A stretch of 62,682 bases of DNA, counting the filler, from Candidatus Fermentibacterota bacterium (GTDB lineage: Bacteria > JAFGKV01): NCBI GenBank assembly GCA_016928395.1. It is 8 parts of 8 records of this genome, joined end to end, with 100 filler letters (N's around TTAATTAATTAA, not from the genome) between each part and the next. Parts side by side here need not be neighbours in the genome. Positions count along the whole stretch, not along the records: positions 14,809 to 37,337 come from JAFGKV010000277.1; 7 more parts are not named here. The stretch is one strand, 5' to 3'. Shown here one piece after another: positions 18,322 through 34,369 of this stretch. A model generated the notes under the pieces. That model searched no databases. It was not told the origin of the DNA and saw only the letters and a program-made list of their open reading frames with translations. Position 1 is the first letter of the stretch, and each line of letters starts with the position of its first letter. The translations under genes were made by a program, and so were the position numbers.

Positions 18322-21300
18322 ATGGTTCTCATCCTTGCGCTGCTGCTTGCCTGGTCCTCGGCGCAGGCCGAGCCACTTCTCGGGGCTCGGCGGCCGTGCC
18401 CGTCGCCTGACGGGGAGTCGGTGGCGTTCGACTATCAGGGCGATATCTGGGAGGTGGCAGCATCCGGCGGTCTGCCCCGGCGGCTCACGGCGAACGAGGC
18501 ATCCGACTGGGGCGCCCTCTACTCGCCCGACGGGCAGTGGATCGCGTTCAACTCCGACCGTGAGGGTGGCTCAGATGTGTTTGTCATGCCAGCCGAAGGG
18601 GGTTCTGAACGCCGACTGACCTTTCACAGTGCGGGCGACTACGCGGTCGCATGGGAGCCCGACGGTCTTGCCATTCTGACCAGTACCTACCGGTACGAAC
18701 CACGGGGCCAGATCGACCGCGTGCCACTGGATGGTTCGCTTCCCGTTCCCATCGTGTCCGAGGACGTGAATGACGCGGTCCTCAGCCCCGACGGGCGGCG
18801 CCTCGCGGTGTCTATCGGCGGCAATCCGTGGTGGCGCAAACACTATCGCGGAAGTGCAGGCGGTGAGATCTGGGTCCGCGACCTTGGCGATGCATCCTGG
18901 GCACGCATCACGACGACGCCAGACGATGAACGGTTCCCATGCTGGTCACCCGGCGGCGACTCACTGTTCTTCGTGCTGGAGGCCGACTCGGTGCCCAACA
19001 TCCACTGCGTCAACCTGCACACCAAGACGGTCACGCGCCTCACCACGCACGATGCATACGGCGCCCGGTTCCCCCGAACGTCGCGAACCGGAGTCATCCT
19101 CTACGAACACGGGCATCGGCTGTGGACGCTGGAGCCCCCCTATCGGCACCCGCGGGAATTGGTCATTGAGCGGGCGAGCGACTGCCCGGGTTCCTCCTCA
19201 GCGTTCCTCACCGAGACCACCGCGTCGGCCTTTGCGGTGTCGCGCGATGAGAAGTCGCTCGCACTCGTCGCGCGCGGCACTCTTGTCGGCGTGCCGCTGA
19301 CCAAGGACCGGACCGTGCTCTCTCCACGGCTGCTGGTGAGCGGTCCTATGCGCGTCGATGACCCTGTCTGGCATCCTAAAGGGATCGCCCTGGCCTACGC
19401 GTCTGACCGGGGAGGCGCCTGGAACATCTACGAGCTCACGCCAGATGACGGCAATCGGAGCTTCCTTCAAAACGACGCCTGGAACGAACGTCGTCTGACA
19501 GGCGGTCCCGGCAGCGATCGAGCGCCCGCGTATTCCCCGGATGGCGCACAGATCGCCTTCATACGAAACGAACGGCAGCTTTGTCGGATGAAGCGTGACG
19601 GATCTGACGTCCGAATGCTTGTCGAGTCGCCCGGCATCACGGGCTTCTTCTGGTCGCCTGACAGCCGTTTCATCGCGTACAGCGCCACGACATTGGAGTG
19701 GCGTGAAGACGTGTTCGTCGTGCCCGCGTCAGGCGGCGAACCGCTCCAGATAACGCGCCACCCCAACGACGACTACTCCCCGCAGTGGGATCCGAAGGGG
19801 CGCTGGATCTCCTTCGCGTCGCGCACCTCGGAGGGCGAATGGACCCTCAAGATGGTGTTCCTCACGCAAGGGGAGTTCGAGAAGACGAAGGAGGATCGGT
19901 TGCTGGAGGCGGAGAGCGGGGCTGACAGTTCCGCCGACGAGATCACGGTCATCATCGAGCCCGATGAGATCTTCAGGCGAGTCCGGACCATCACCACCGT
20001 CCGGGGCGACTACTATCCCTACAGTCTCAGCACCGACGGCGGCTCGGCGGTATTCAAGGCAACCACCTTTGACGGCAACGATCTCTTCGTGGTCGACGTG
20101 TGGGATGAGAAGCGGACACAGGTCACCACCGGTGGCCTCAATCCTGAGTCGTTTTCGTGGGGCCCGACCAGCGGGAGGGTGTTCTACCGCACGCCTGGCG
20201 GTGCAGTGGCCACGGTTGACAAGGAGGGGAAGGAGAGGACCTCGCTGGGCTTTTCCGTGCGGCTGCGGGTGAACCGGGCGACGGAGCGACGCCAGATGCT
20301 CGATGAGGCATGGCGTCTCCTCCGGGACCGGTTCTATGACCCGGCCATGCATGGTGTCGATTGGCAGTCGGTGCACGACAACTATGCCCACCTGATTGAT
20401 CCCTGCGCCACCGAGCCCGAGTTCCATAACCTGCTGCGGCAAATGATCGGCGAGCTGGGCGCGTCACATCTTGGCGTGTGGCGTGAGGGAACGGGCATCC
20501 CGGCCACGGGTGAACTGGGAATCATCCCGGATCCGCTCTACCGCGGCGAAGGCGTGCGGGTAGACCGGGTGGTACGACGTTCGCCGGCGTGGATGAGGCG
20601 CTCCCGCATCGAGCCCGGAGAGATTATCCTCAAGGTCGACGGGGCGCCTGTCCCCTCGGCCGAATCGTTCTTCGATCTCCTGCGGGGCACGGCAGGGCAC
20701 CCGGTCCTCCTGTCGGTCAAGGGTTCCGGCGCGCGCGCCGTGCGCATCACACCCATCGATCCATGGCCGCTACGGACTCTCCTGCGGGAGGAACGGGTGG
20801 AGACGCTGCGGGACCGCGTGGATTCGCTGTCGGGCGGTCGCGTCGGCTATCTCTACATCAAGGCCATGGGCGACGATGACTGGCTGACCTTCCAGCGCGA
20901 CTTTCTCGGCTTCAACTACGACAAGGACGCGCTGATCATCGACGTGCGCGGCAATACAGGCGGCAACATCCACGACAAGATCATCGCCATGCTGGCCGGC
21001 AGACCCTTCGCGCGATCCGTAAGGCGGAACGGGCGTGAGACGGTGGAACCCGCCCTGCGGTGGGACAAACCGCTGGCCGTGCTCATCGACGAGGGCTCCT
21101 ACTCCGACGGCGAGATCTTCCCCACGGGGATCAAGACCCTGGGGCTGGGTACGCTCGTGGGAGTTCCCACCCATGGCGCGGTCATCGGCACCAATGATGT
21201 GAAGCTGCTTGACGGGACGACCTTCCGCGTGCCCACCGTGGGTTGGTGGCGAGTCGACGGCACCAACATGGAGAACAACGGAATCGAGCCCGACGTGTAC

Positions 21301-21393
21301 GTCGAACGAATGCCGGAAGAGCACCGCTTTGGGCGTGACTCGCAGCTCCAGCGGGCGGTGGCGGTAATGATGGAAGCGCTCGGGAGGAACTAG
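18322..21393 (+). CDS. Tricorn-like S41 protease with PD40 propellers and PDZ domain
   Basis: SPDG repeats, MIGELGASH, IIDVRGNTGG and SYSDGE (catalytic Ser); an alternative start lies at 18259. Confidence 0.92.
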   Translation: MVLILALLLAWSSAQAEPLLGARRPCPSPDGESVAFDYQGDIWEVAASGGLPRRLTANEASDWGALYSPDGQWIAFNSDREGGSDVFVMPAEGGSERRLTFHSAGDYAVAWEPDGLAILTSTYRYEPRGQIDRVPLDGSLPVPIVSEDVNDAVLSPDGRRLAVSIGGNPWWRKHYRGSAGGEIWVRDLGDASWARITTTPDDERFPCWSPGGDSLFFVLEADSVPNIHCVNLHTKTVTRLTTHDAYGARFPRTSRTGVILYEHGHRLWTLEPPYRHPRELVIERASDCPGSSSAFLTETTASAFAVSRDEKSLALVARGTLVGVPLTKDRTVLSPRLLVSGPMRVDDPVWHPKGIALAYASDRGGAWNIYELTPDDGNRSFLQNDAWNERRLTGGPGSDRAPAYSPDGAQIAFIRNERQLCRMKRDGSDVRMLVESPGITGFFWSPDSRFIAYSATTLEWREDVFVVPASGGEPLQITRHPNDDYSPQWDPKGRWISFASRTSEGEWTLKMVFLTQGEFEKTKEDRLLEAESGADSSADEITVIIEPDEIFRRVRTITTVRGDYYPYSLSTDGGSAVFKATTFDGNDLFVVDVWDEKRTQVTTGGLNPESFSWGPTSGRVFYRTPGGAVATVDKEGKERTSLGFSVRLRVNRATERRQMLDEAWRLLRDRFYDPAMHGVDWQSVHDNYAHLIDPCATEPEFHNLLRQMIGELGASHLGVWREGTGIPATGELGIIPDPLYRGEGVRVDRVVRRSPAWMRRSRIEPGEIILKVDGAPVPSAESFFDLLRGTAGHPVLLSVKGSGARAVRITPIDPWPLRTLLREERVETLRDRVDSLSGGRVGYLYIKAMGDDDWLTFQRDFLGFNYDKDALIIDVRGNTGGNIHDKIIAMLAGRPFARSVRRNGRETVEPALRWDKPLAVLIDEGSYSDGEIFPTGIKTLGLGTLVGVPTHGAVIGTNDVKLLDGTTFRVPTVGWWRVDGTNMENNGIEPDVYVERMPEEHRFGRDSQLQRAVAVMMEALGRN

Positions 21394-21398
21394 ACCGC

Positions 21399-22244
21399 AT
21401 GGACGACGGGATCCTAATACGCCGGCATGGGAGCTCTGGTCCCGTCGTCATCGCGTTGCACGGAGGTCCGGCGGCAGCAGGATCCGCGGCGCCCATCGCC
21501 CGAGGTCTCTCCGGCGCTTTCCGGGTGCTGGAGCCGTGGCAGCGGGCAAGCAGCGCTGAGCCGCTCACCGTGGCCCGGCACGTGGCAGATCTCCATGAGG
21601 TAGTCCTGACTGCCGATTCCGGTGTCGCGCCGGCTCTGGTGGGAGAATCCTGGGGAGCCATGCTGGCGCTGGCCTATGCCGCCGCGCATCCCGCACACGC
21701 GGGTCCCCTCGTGCTGGTGGGCTGCGGCACCTTCGACACGGCGGCGCGGGCCCGCATCGGTGAGATCCTTGAGGAACGAACAGACGACGCCCTGCGGCAG
21801 CGCCTGCAGGAACTATCTCGGGAGTTCTCGGACCCCTGGGAACGTCTCGCCAAGAGGTACGAGCTGATCAGGCATCTCTACTCGTACGATCCCATCGAGG
21901 AAGATGCAGATGACGTGCCCCCTCTGGATGTGACAGCACACCGGGAAACCTGGGACGACATGCTCCGCCTCCAGAAGGAGGGGGTCTATCCGGCGGCATT
22001 TGCCGCGATCACCTCGCCGGTGATCATGCTGCACGGGGCATACGATCCCCATCCCGGACAGATGATCCGTGACAGCCTCGTGCCGTACATCCCACAGATC
22101 GAGTATCAGGAATGGGAGCGGTGCGGGCACCACCCATGGAAGGAACGGGCGATCCGAGAGGAGTTCTTCTCGACGCTGGGGGACTGGCTCATGCGGAACA
22201 CACAGGGGCCACACAGCACGTCTCCGGATCCTGCAGCGCCGTAG
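21399..22244 (+). CDS. Alpha/beta hydrolase
   Basis: Motifs LHGGP, GESWG nucleophile elbow, HGAYD and CGH. Confidence 0.9.
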   Translation: MDDGILIRRHGSSGPVVIALHGGPAAAGSAAPIARGLSGAFRVLEPWQRASSAEPLTVARHVADLHEVVLTADSGVAPALVGESWGAMLALAYAAAHPAHAGPLVLVGCGTFDTAARARIGEILEERTDDALRQRLQELSREFSDPWERLAKRYELIRHLYSYDPIEEDADDVPPLDVTAHRETWDDMLRLQKEGVYPAAFAAITSPVIMLHGAYDPHPGQMIRDSLVPYIPQIEYQEWERCGHHPWKERAIREEFFSTLGDWLMRNTQGPHSTSPDPAAP

Positions 22245-22278
22245 TGCTCACGACAACGCTGGGAAAGGACGCAGCACC

Positions 22279-22899
22279 ATGAATCCCCCCGCCAATGAAC
22301 GGCGAGCCAACCATCCCATTGATGATCGGTTCCTGGATCGCTGGTCACCGCGCGCATTTGACACGACCCCCGTATCCAGAGACATCCTCGACTCCCTGTT
22401 CGAGGCGGCCCGATGGGCGCCGTCATGCTTCAACGAGCAGCCGTGGCTGTTTCTGTGCGCCCACGAGGAGCCGGATCTGGATCTTTTCAGACGACTCCTG
22501 CGCGACTCCAACCGTGTCTGGGCCGATCGCGCCCCTGTGCTGTGCTATCTGTTCGCCCGAATGGCCTTCTCCCGCAATGGAAAGCCGAACCGCTGGGCGA
22601 AGTTCGACTGCGGTGCGGCATGGGTGTCACTGGCCCTCCAGGCGCGCAAACTCGGGCTCTATGCCCACGCCATGGCGGGATTCAGGCGTGACGACACATA
22701 TGATGAGCTTGGTGTGCCAGCCGAGGACTACGAGGTCATCTGCGCCATTGCCATCGGATACTACGGGGATCCGGCGCTGCTGCCTCCCGATGTCGCGGCG
22801 AAAGAGAAGCCCAACGACCGCAAACCGATGTCGTCTTTCGTAGTCTACGGACGGATGAACAAGCCTGCGGGCCCGGCATGTCCCACCCTGATTCCCTGA
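22279..22899 (+). CDS. Nitroreductase family protein
   Basis: Motifs RWSPRAF, AARWAPSCFNEQPW, FDCGAA and HAMAGF. Confidence 0.92.
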   Translation: MNPPANERRANHPIDDRFLDRWSPRAFDTTPVSRDILDSLFEAARWAPSCFNEQPWLFLCAHEEPDLDLFRRLLRDSNRVWADRAPVLCYLFARMAFSRNGKPNRWAKFDCGAAWVSLALQARKLGLYAHAMAGFRRDDTYDELGVPAEDYEVICAIAIGYYGDPALLPPDVAAKEKPNDRKPMSSFVVYGRMNKPAGPACPTLIP

Positions 22900-23352
22900 C
22901 TGGTTTCCCTGAAGGCGTGCACCCGGGATCGGCTCGCGGGGCGCACGGCACGAGGGGATAATGCCAACTTGCACGATGGAGAGTACTGCACCGCGGAGCA
23001 ATCCACGCTTGCTGATTTGGGGGAACTTGGCAAATTGCCGACATCCTCTGCGCCGGAGCAGTCGGGTGCAGGAGATCTCCAGGCTCAGGGAAGTACCGAA
23101 GGTACTTCAGGGCTCGCCATCTCTCGAGGCCACGCCACCATGAACGCCGCTCGAGCGTACACCGAACGCGACCGATTCACTGCACGCGATGCAGGCGGAC
23201 GCGAGGAGCCGACGGCGGTCGAGGCCCAGGAAGGGGGCACGTCGTGAGGGCCTCGGGGGACGTGCGCAGACCCTGGCACAGATCGAGGATGGCGGAATGT
23301 CCCGATCAGGCCCTTGTTTGCGGGTGGATGCCGGCGTATTCGAGGTGCATAC

Positions 23353-23649
23353 ATGACTGACTCACTCGCCTGCGACGACCCCGTGCCCAACGACGATGGC
23401 CGGGTGTGCGACACACCTCCGGACATCGAGGCGTATCTCGTGGACGGCTACCGGCGGATGAGCCCGGCAGAGAAGATGGACCGTGTACGCGCACTCAACC
23501 GTGCTGTGCTCGCGCTCGCTGAAGCCGATGTGCGGCGGCGCCATCCCAAGGCCGACCGACGCGAAGTAGCGCTGCGCGTCGCTGCCCGGTGGTTGGATGC
23601 GGAAGCCATGCGCCAAGCGTTCGGATGGTCGCCCGAGGGAACACCATGA
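23353..23649 (+). CDS. Small hypothetical protein, partner of the downstream nucleotidyltransferase-like gene
   Basis: DTPPDIE..YRRMSPAEK..RRRHP motif; translationally coupled (ATGA overlap). Confidence 0.7.
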   Translation: MTDSLACDDPVPNDDGRVCDTPPDIEAYLVDGYRRMSPAEKMDRVRALNRAVLALAEADVRRRHPKADRREVALRVAARWLDAEAMRQAFGWSPEGTP

Positions 23650-24257
23650 CACAAGGTGATCCTCTTCTGGTGGTTTCTGTCGTGGCAACGGTTCTGGAAC
23701 GGCTCGGGATTCGATATGCCATTGGAGGATCCCTGGCGAGCTCCCTGTACGGCATACCGCGAGCTACCCAGGACGCGGACATCGTGGCCCGTGTCTGCGA
23801 GTCCCACGCATCCATCCTAACCCACGCGCTTCAAGGGGAGTTCTATGTCGACGAATACATGATCCGCGAGGCAGTTCGCCGCCGCACATCGTTCAATGTC
23901 ATCCACCTCGCCACGATGTTCAAAGTCGACATCTTCGTGGCCAAGGGAGACGAATGGTCGAACGAGGAGCTCCTCCGGGCCCGATGTGAACGGGTGGGGG
24001 AGGCGGGAGCACCAATCGAATTGGTGTTCACGACTGCTGAGGATACGGTGCTCCACAAGCTTCTCTGGTATCGGATGGGAGGCGAAGTTTCCGAGCGCCA
24101 GTGGCGCGATGCAATTGGCGTGCTGCGCGTCCAGGGCTCCAGCCTCGATGGCGCCTACCTCGCTGCGTGGGCACGCCGATTGGGACTTCGTGAACTTCTC
24201 GATCGCGCCACGGCAGAAGCCATGCACGAAGGGAAGAGCCCCTACGACCCTCGCTGA
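23646..24257 (+). CDS. Nucleotidyltransferase-fold protein (TA-like pair)
   Basis: YAIGGSLAS..YG.PRATQDADIV is a Pol-beta type motif; also EDTVLHKL.W and SERQWRD. Confidence 0.75.
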   Translation: MTQGDPLLVVSVVATVLERLGIRYAIGGSLASSLYGIPRATQDADIVARVCESHASILTHALQGEFYVDEYMIREAVRRRTSFNVIHLATMFKVDIFVAKGDEWSNEELLRARCERVGEAGAPIELVFTTAEDTVLHKLLWYRMGGEVSERQWRDAIGVLRVQGSSLDGAYLAAWARRLGLRELLDRATAEAMHEGKSPYDPR

Positions 24258-24280
24258 TCTGCTGGGGTGTTTCTCCTTTC

Positions 24281-24558
24281 CCCTCGCTCCCGTGGTCCCC
24301 GTGGGAGCGCATGCTCGGGCGCTCCGGCGCCGACCATCTTTCTGTAGGATCGGCTTCAGCCGCGATCAAATCACCACGGCAGCGGTGCCCTGCCCGCCCT
24401 CTCTCCTCCGCGCCTCAGCGTCTCTGCGGGGGACCTTGTTCCCTCGCTCCCATTGTCCCCGTGGGAGCGCACGGCCTTCCTGTAGGAGCGGCTTCAGCCG
24501 CGATCAAATCACCGCGGCAGCGGTGCCCTGCCGTTCCCACACAGAGCAGGGGAACGAG
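24281..24558. repeat. Duplicated mosaic of GTAG-type REP palindromes
   Basis: TGTAGGA(T/G)CGGCTTCAGCCGCGAT at 24343 and 24481; CTCGCTCCC..GTGGGAGCGC occurs twice; lies between convergent genes. Confidence 0.75.
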
Positions 24559-24589
24559 TTTCTTCAACCGTGAACCGTTGACTCCCGCC

Positions 24590-25033
24590 TTAGAGATCCA
24601 GGACCACCCGGGCGACCCAGAGACCGTTGGTGCCCCGGCGCAGCAGTGGGCGGTGGCGGGTGACGGCCTTGATTTCGTGCACAAAGGTGGTGGCGGAACC
24701 AGCCATCGCATACCCATCAAGCCGGGCCGCCACCTGCGTATCTGACACGACGGAGAAGAGAGGCGTCCGCGTGAGCCAGCGGTCAACCTGGAGCCGGTAG
24801 TTCACCTCGCTCAACCAGTCGATGAACAGCTCGATGGTGTCCGGAGCATTGATCTCCACAGCCGGGCCGGAAACCGCTTCCGGTTCGCTGGGTGCCATGG
24901 TCGAGAACTCAATCACCGCACGGGCGCCGTGGTCGAGCAACTCAGCCAGCGTCATCCCCCACACCAGCAAGGCGGCGTCGCTGCCCCACCCCAGCTCGCG
25001 CCAGCCGCCGTCACGATCGGACGGGGGTGTCAT
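24590..25033 (-). CDS. Archease
   Basis: C-terminal EIKAVTRH and ARVVLDL; central LFIDWLSEV. Confidence 0.8.
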   Translation of the reverse strand: MTPPSDRDGGWRELGWGSDAALLVWGMTLAELLDHGARAVIEFSTMAPSEPEAVSGPAVEINAPDTIELFIDWLSEVNYRLQVDRWLTRTPLFSVVSDTQVAARLDGYAMAGSATTFVHEIKAVTRHRPLLRRGTNGLWVARVVLDL

Positions 25034-25061
25034 CGTGGCGATACCCCCGTGTTATCCTCTG

Positions 25062-30613
<5,552 letters not shown>

Positions 30614-30971
30614 CGCGAGCTCCGAAGTCGTCAGCGCGTGGAGGTCTGCCACCCAGTGATTGCGGTTCGCAAGGTACAACACGGCCCGCTCAGGGCAAGA
30701 GCTGACGCAGGCCATTGCCCACCCCTCATCCACACATAGATTGCCCTGCGATCGTTCTGCCAACCCCTCCACCGAGGTCGATGATCATCGCGTCAGTCGC
30801 AAGGCCTACGATGGCAATTCGGCTCCCGGGTTTGGGCGAGCCGACCCCGGCCGTGCACTTCAGGCCAAACGTGCCGTTGTGTCCGCGGGATGGGCTTACG
30901 TAGACGCGGAATCGTGGCACATCGCACACCGGCTCAGTGCGTTCACGCGCGGGAGACCGGAGGAGAGCACA

Positions 30972-32831
30972 ATGACCCTGAGCACCGTGTTGTTCTTCGC
31001 ATGTATGGTTGGATCCACGCCATTTCAGGCCATGCCCGACTCGATGGAGGCTGCCTACCGCTTCAATCTGCAAAAGAACTTCTATGCCTCGGAGGAGCTG
31101 TTCGAGCGCGATTTGGATCTACTGAGGGCCACAGTAGATTCGGCGCTGGCCTTCAAGGGCCGGGTAACCGCCTCGGTGGAGAATCTGGTGGCGATCCACC
31201 GGCTCATGGAGCATCTCGATCCTCTGTGGTCCAAAGCCTATGTGTACGCGCACCTCCGGTATTCGGTGAACACTGAGGATCGACGGTGCATGGATCGAAT
31301 CAGAGACATAAGCAGCGACCTGTCCAGCGAGTTAAGCTTCGTCGGTCTCGAGGTGGCTCATCTCTCGCCGGACACGCTGAATGCGTGGCTGAACGATTCG
31401 CTGATCATCCCCTATCAATGGCCAATCCTGCGGGAGATCCGACGCCGGGATCACCTTCTTTCCCTTCCCCAAGAGGAGCTTCTTGCCACGCTCCGGCCTG
31501 CCTTCGACCCGTGGCCCGAGGATCTGTACCAAGCATGCCTGGATCGGACACCATTCCCCACGGTCGTGGCGTCCGGCGGTGATACCCTCAGCGTGCTCTA
31601 CTCCTATGGTGAGCTGCGCATCGACTCCAGCCGTGCTGTACGGCGGGAAGCATACACGGGTTACATGGAAGCCATGCAACGCCACGCCGATCTCTACGCC
31701 CTGGCATTGCGCAGTCGCGTGACCACGGGAAACCGGCTGGCCTCTCTGCGCCGTTTCCCGGACTTCCCGGCGGAAGCCCTGTTCGACGTGTTCCTTGCCC
31801 CGGCCTCAGTGGATTCGGTATTCGACTGGATCAGTGCCCGGGCTGATCTGGGTAAGGCCTTCCAGGACCTTCGCCGGCGGCGCATCGCCGGATTCGCCCG
31901 GCTCGACACGGTGTTCATATGGGATATGAGCCTTCTCCCGCCGGGCATCGAACACCCGAGATGGACCATTACGGAGGCCTCTCAGCTGCTGTTGGAGGCC
32001 TTGGCCGTCTTTGGCGAAGAGTACCGCACCGAACTGGCCTCACTGCTGGATCCTGCCCATGGCCGGCTAGACCTGGTGGCGAGCCCTGACCGTGAGCCAG
32101 GCGCCTTCGCCTGGGGCTACTACGGCGCGCCCTGGCAGTTCTTCTCGTTTTCGTTTGAAGGGTTGTATGGCGATCTCTCCACGATGGCCCATGAGGCGGG
32201 CCATGCCGTTCACTACAAGCTCCTCTACAACCATGGCGTTCCCCCGCTTCTTGCTGACGGTCCCAGCTACCTCACGGAGAGCGCCGCGCTCTTCAATGAG
32301 ATCGTGGTCACCGACTACCTCTATCGAACCGCTGCCACAAGGGAGATGAAGGTCTACTTCCTGCAGAGACTGGTCGGCACGGCAATGTCGATCTTTGACC
32401 TTGTCTCCACCTCCGTGCTGGAACGCGACATCTACCGAATCGCGGCGGAGTCGAGAACCATCAACGAGGCCTTGTTGGACAGCCTGAACATAGCCAACAG
32501 CAGGATCTACTCGGTGTTTGCCGATCTGCATCCCGAGAGTGCCAAGGACTGGCAGCTCGTCTCCCACTTCTACGACTCGCCCATGTACTTCGTGAACTAC
32601 GTCATCGCCCAGCTCCTCGCCCTGTACTATTTTGAGCGCATGCAGACAGATGAGCTTTTCATCCCGCACTATCTCGCGTTGCTTTCCAGCCCCTTTGACC
32701 GCCCTGGTCCGGAGCTTTTCGCAGCCAGGATGGGAATCGACATCACCTCCAGGAGCCTCGTTGACGCGGCGCTTGGGCTGGCGGAACATTGGATGGAGGA
32801 ATTGGAGAAGCTCTGGAGGGAGGGATTATAG
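30972..32831 (+). CDS. M3B oligoendopeptidase F-like peptidase, probably exported
   Basis: HEAGH zinc motif, downstream ESA..FNE and HFY motifs, and a short hydrophobic N-terminus. Confidence 0.88.
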   Translation: MTLSTVLFFACMVGSTPFQAMPDSMEAAYRFNLQKNFYASEELFERDLDLLRATVDSALAFKGRVTASVENLVAIHRLMEHLDPLWSKAYVYAHLRYSVNTEDRRCMDRIRDISSDLSSELSFVGLEVAHLSPDTLNAWLNDSLIIPYQWPILREIRRRDHLLSLPQEELLATLRPAFDPWPEDLYQACLDRTPFPTVVASGGDTLSVLYSYGELRIDSSRAVRREAYTGYMEAMQRHADLYALALRSRVTTGNRLASLRRFPDFPAEALFDVFLAPASVDSVFDWISARADLGKAFQDLRRRRIAGFARLDTVFIWDMSLLPPGIEHPRWTITEASQLLLEALAVFGEEYRTELASLLDPAHGRLDLVASPDREPGAFAWGYYGAPWQFFSFSFEGLYGDLSTMAHEAGHAVHYKLLYNHGVPPLLADGPSYLTESAALFNEIVVTDYLYRTAATREMKVYFLQRLVGTAMSIFDLVSTSVLERDIYRIAAESRTINEALLDSLNIANSRIYSVFADLHPESAKDWQLVSHFYDSPMYFVNYVIAQLLALYYFERMQTDELFIPHYLALLSSPFDRPGPELFAARMGIDITSRSLVDAALGLAEHWMEELEKLWREGL

Positions 32832-32836
32832 TCCCC

Positions 32837-33739
32837 ATGCCCCCCCGTGCGGACTTGTGCCTGGCCTGGAATTGGGAGCATGACGTCTCCTTCGTGAATC
32901 TGCTTCTAGATGCCTGCCATGGCGCCGGCATCACTCTCATGCAGGTCACTGCCGACAGTGTTGACGAAGTTGCCTCTCGCCTGGCCGCTGACTCGCCAGC
33001 CTTTGCGGTGCTCTTCGACAGGGCATCGGATACCGACCCTCGATTCCTCCGGCTGGTGGACCATGCACAGCGGCACGGGTGTCACCAGATAAACACCCAT
33101 GCCCGGGCGGTGGCCTGCCGCAACAAAGCGTCTATGCACCTGGAGTTCATCACTGCCGGGCTCAACACACCGCACACCATCATCATTCCTTCCCACGCCG
33201 AACATGCGGACCTCCCCGGTCTGGACCTCGCTGTTCTGGGCGAGCAGTTCTTCATCAAACCGGCCCACGGCGGAGGTGGAGAAGGCGTTATCCGCCATGC
33301 AAGAACCCAGCACGATGTGGAGCGGGCGCGGCACGCCTTCCCCGGTGACCGCTACCTGGTGCAGGAATGGGTAATGCCAGCCTGGCTTGGCGGCAGGCCC
33401 GCGTGGTTTCGCGTCCTGTATTGCATGGGTGATGTGTATCCCTGCTGGTGGGATCCCTCGACCCACGTGTATGACCCTGTGAGCGAGGCAGAGGAATTCC
33501 GTCACAATGTGGGCGGACTCCGCGGCGTGGCCCATGTCATCGCCTGGGTGAGCAAACTGGACCTGTTCTCCACCGAGATAGCTCAGATCGATGATGGTCG
33601 CCTGGTGGTCGTAGACTATGTCAATGACCCGGTGGACCTCCGTCTTCGCTCTGCCACTCTCGACGGCGTTCCTGACGATTTGGTCCAGCGCATCGTCAAC
33701 CGTCTTGTCGCAAGGGTTGTGAATCTGGTGTCATCCTAG
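32837..33739 (+). CDS. ATP-grasp fold hypothetical protein
   Basis: Motifs NKA.MH, FFIKPAHGGGGEG, YLVQE and DYVND. Confidence 0.75.
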   Translation: MPPRADLCLAWNWEHDVSFVNLLLDACHGAGITLMQVTADSVDEVASRLAADSPAFAVLFDRASDTDPRFLRLVDHAQRHGCHQINTHARAVACRNKASMHLEFITAGLNTPHTIIIPSHAEHADLPGLDLAVLGEQFFIKPAHGGGGEGVIRHARTQHDVERARHAFPGDRYLVQEWVMPAWLGGRPAWFRVLYCMGDVYPCWWDPSTHVYDPVSEAEEFRHNVGGLRGVAHVIAWVSKLDLFSTEIAQIDDGRLVVVDYVNDPVDLRLRSATLDGVPDDLVQRIVNRLVARVVNLVSS

Positions 33740-33799
33740 CCCGCCAGATGTGAGCGAGCAGGGTTGGGGGTGCCGGATTCGGCTCGTTGCGCCAGCAGG

Positions 33800-34250
33800 G
33801 CACAGGGTTCAGGACTCAGAGTACAGTCGGGCCTCTGAGGGCGCGCGACGCACTCAGATGTTTCCGGGCTGAGAGTACGGCGCATCGCACGTGCGCGGTG
33901 CTGAGGCTTCTGTGCAGGAGCCCCGCATCCAGCGGTGCGGGGGCGCGACCGCCACCCCTGTCGGGCCTGAAGGCCCTCCTACTCTGGCAATGATCGCCCA
34001 CCGGTGAGAGAGCTCGGGGCCGGTATCGCTATCGGTGTCGTAATCGCAATCGCAATCGACGAGCTGGGGCAGTCGAGCGCGAGTACGAGTACGGGCTTTG
34101 CATGGTCTCTGGAACAAGTCGGGCCTCTGAGGGCGGGGGCGTCGTCATGTGCTTCAGGCTTGAGAGTACGCATCCCCCGCTTCGTTGTGTGTCCCTTGTT
34201 GTGTGAGACAGCCGACCCCTTGTGCCCCTGTCGGGGCGCACAGGTCGCCG
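33800..34250. repeat. Intergenic mosaic of REP-like and short tandem repeats
   Basis: GTCGGGCCTCTGAGGGCG occurs twice; GTCGGGCCTGAAGGCCCTCCTAC hairpin; (AATCGC)n and (CGAGTA)n hexamer runs. Confidence 0.6.
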
Positions 34251-34369
34251 GGGTATGGCCGCTGCCGCGAATCTCGGCCCCGAACTTGCATACTATGTGT
34301 ACTGTGCGCTTGACGTCGAATTCAGATTTGCTATACTCTCCATCGTGGCGACACCTGAGGTTATGACAC

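Noticed and set aside
22969-23247. 92-aa ORF upstream of the nucleotidyltransferase pair, and the 39437-39709 minus-strand ORF
   Set aside because: No recognisable motifs; they cannot be distinguished from chance ORFs.
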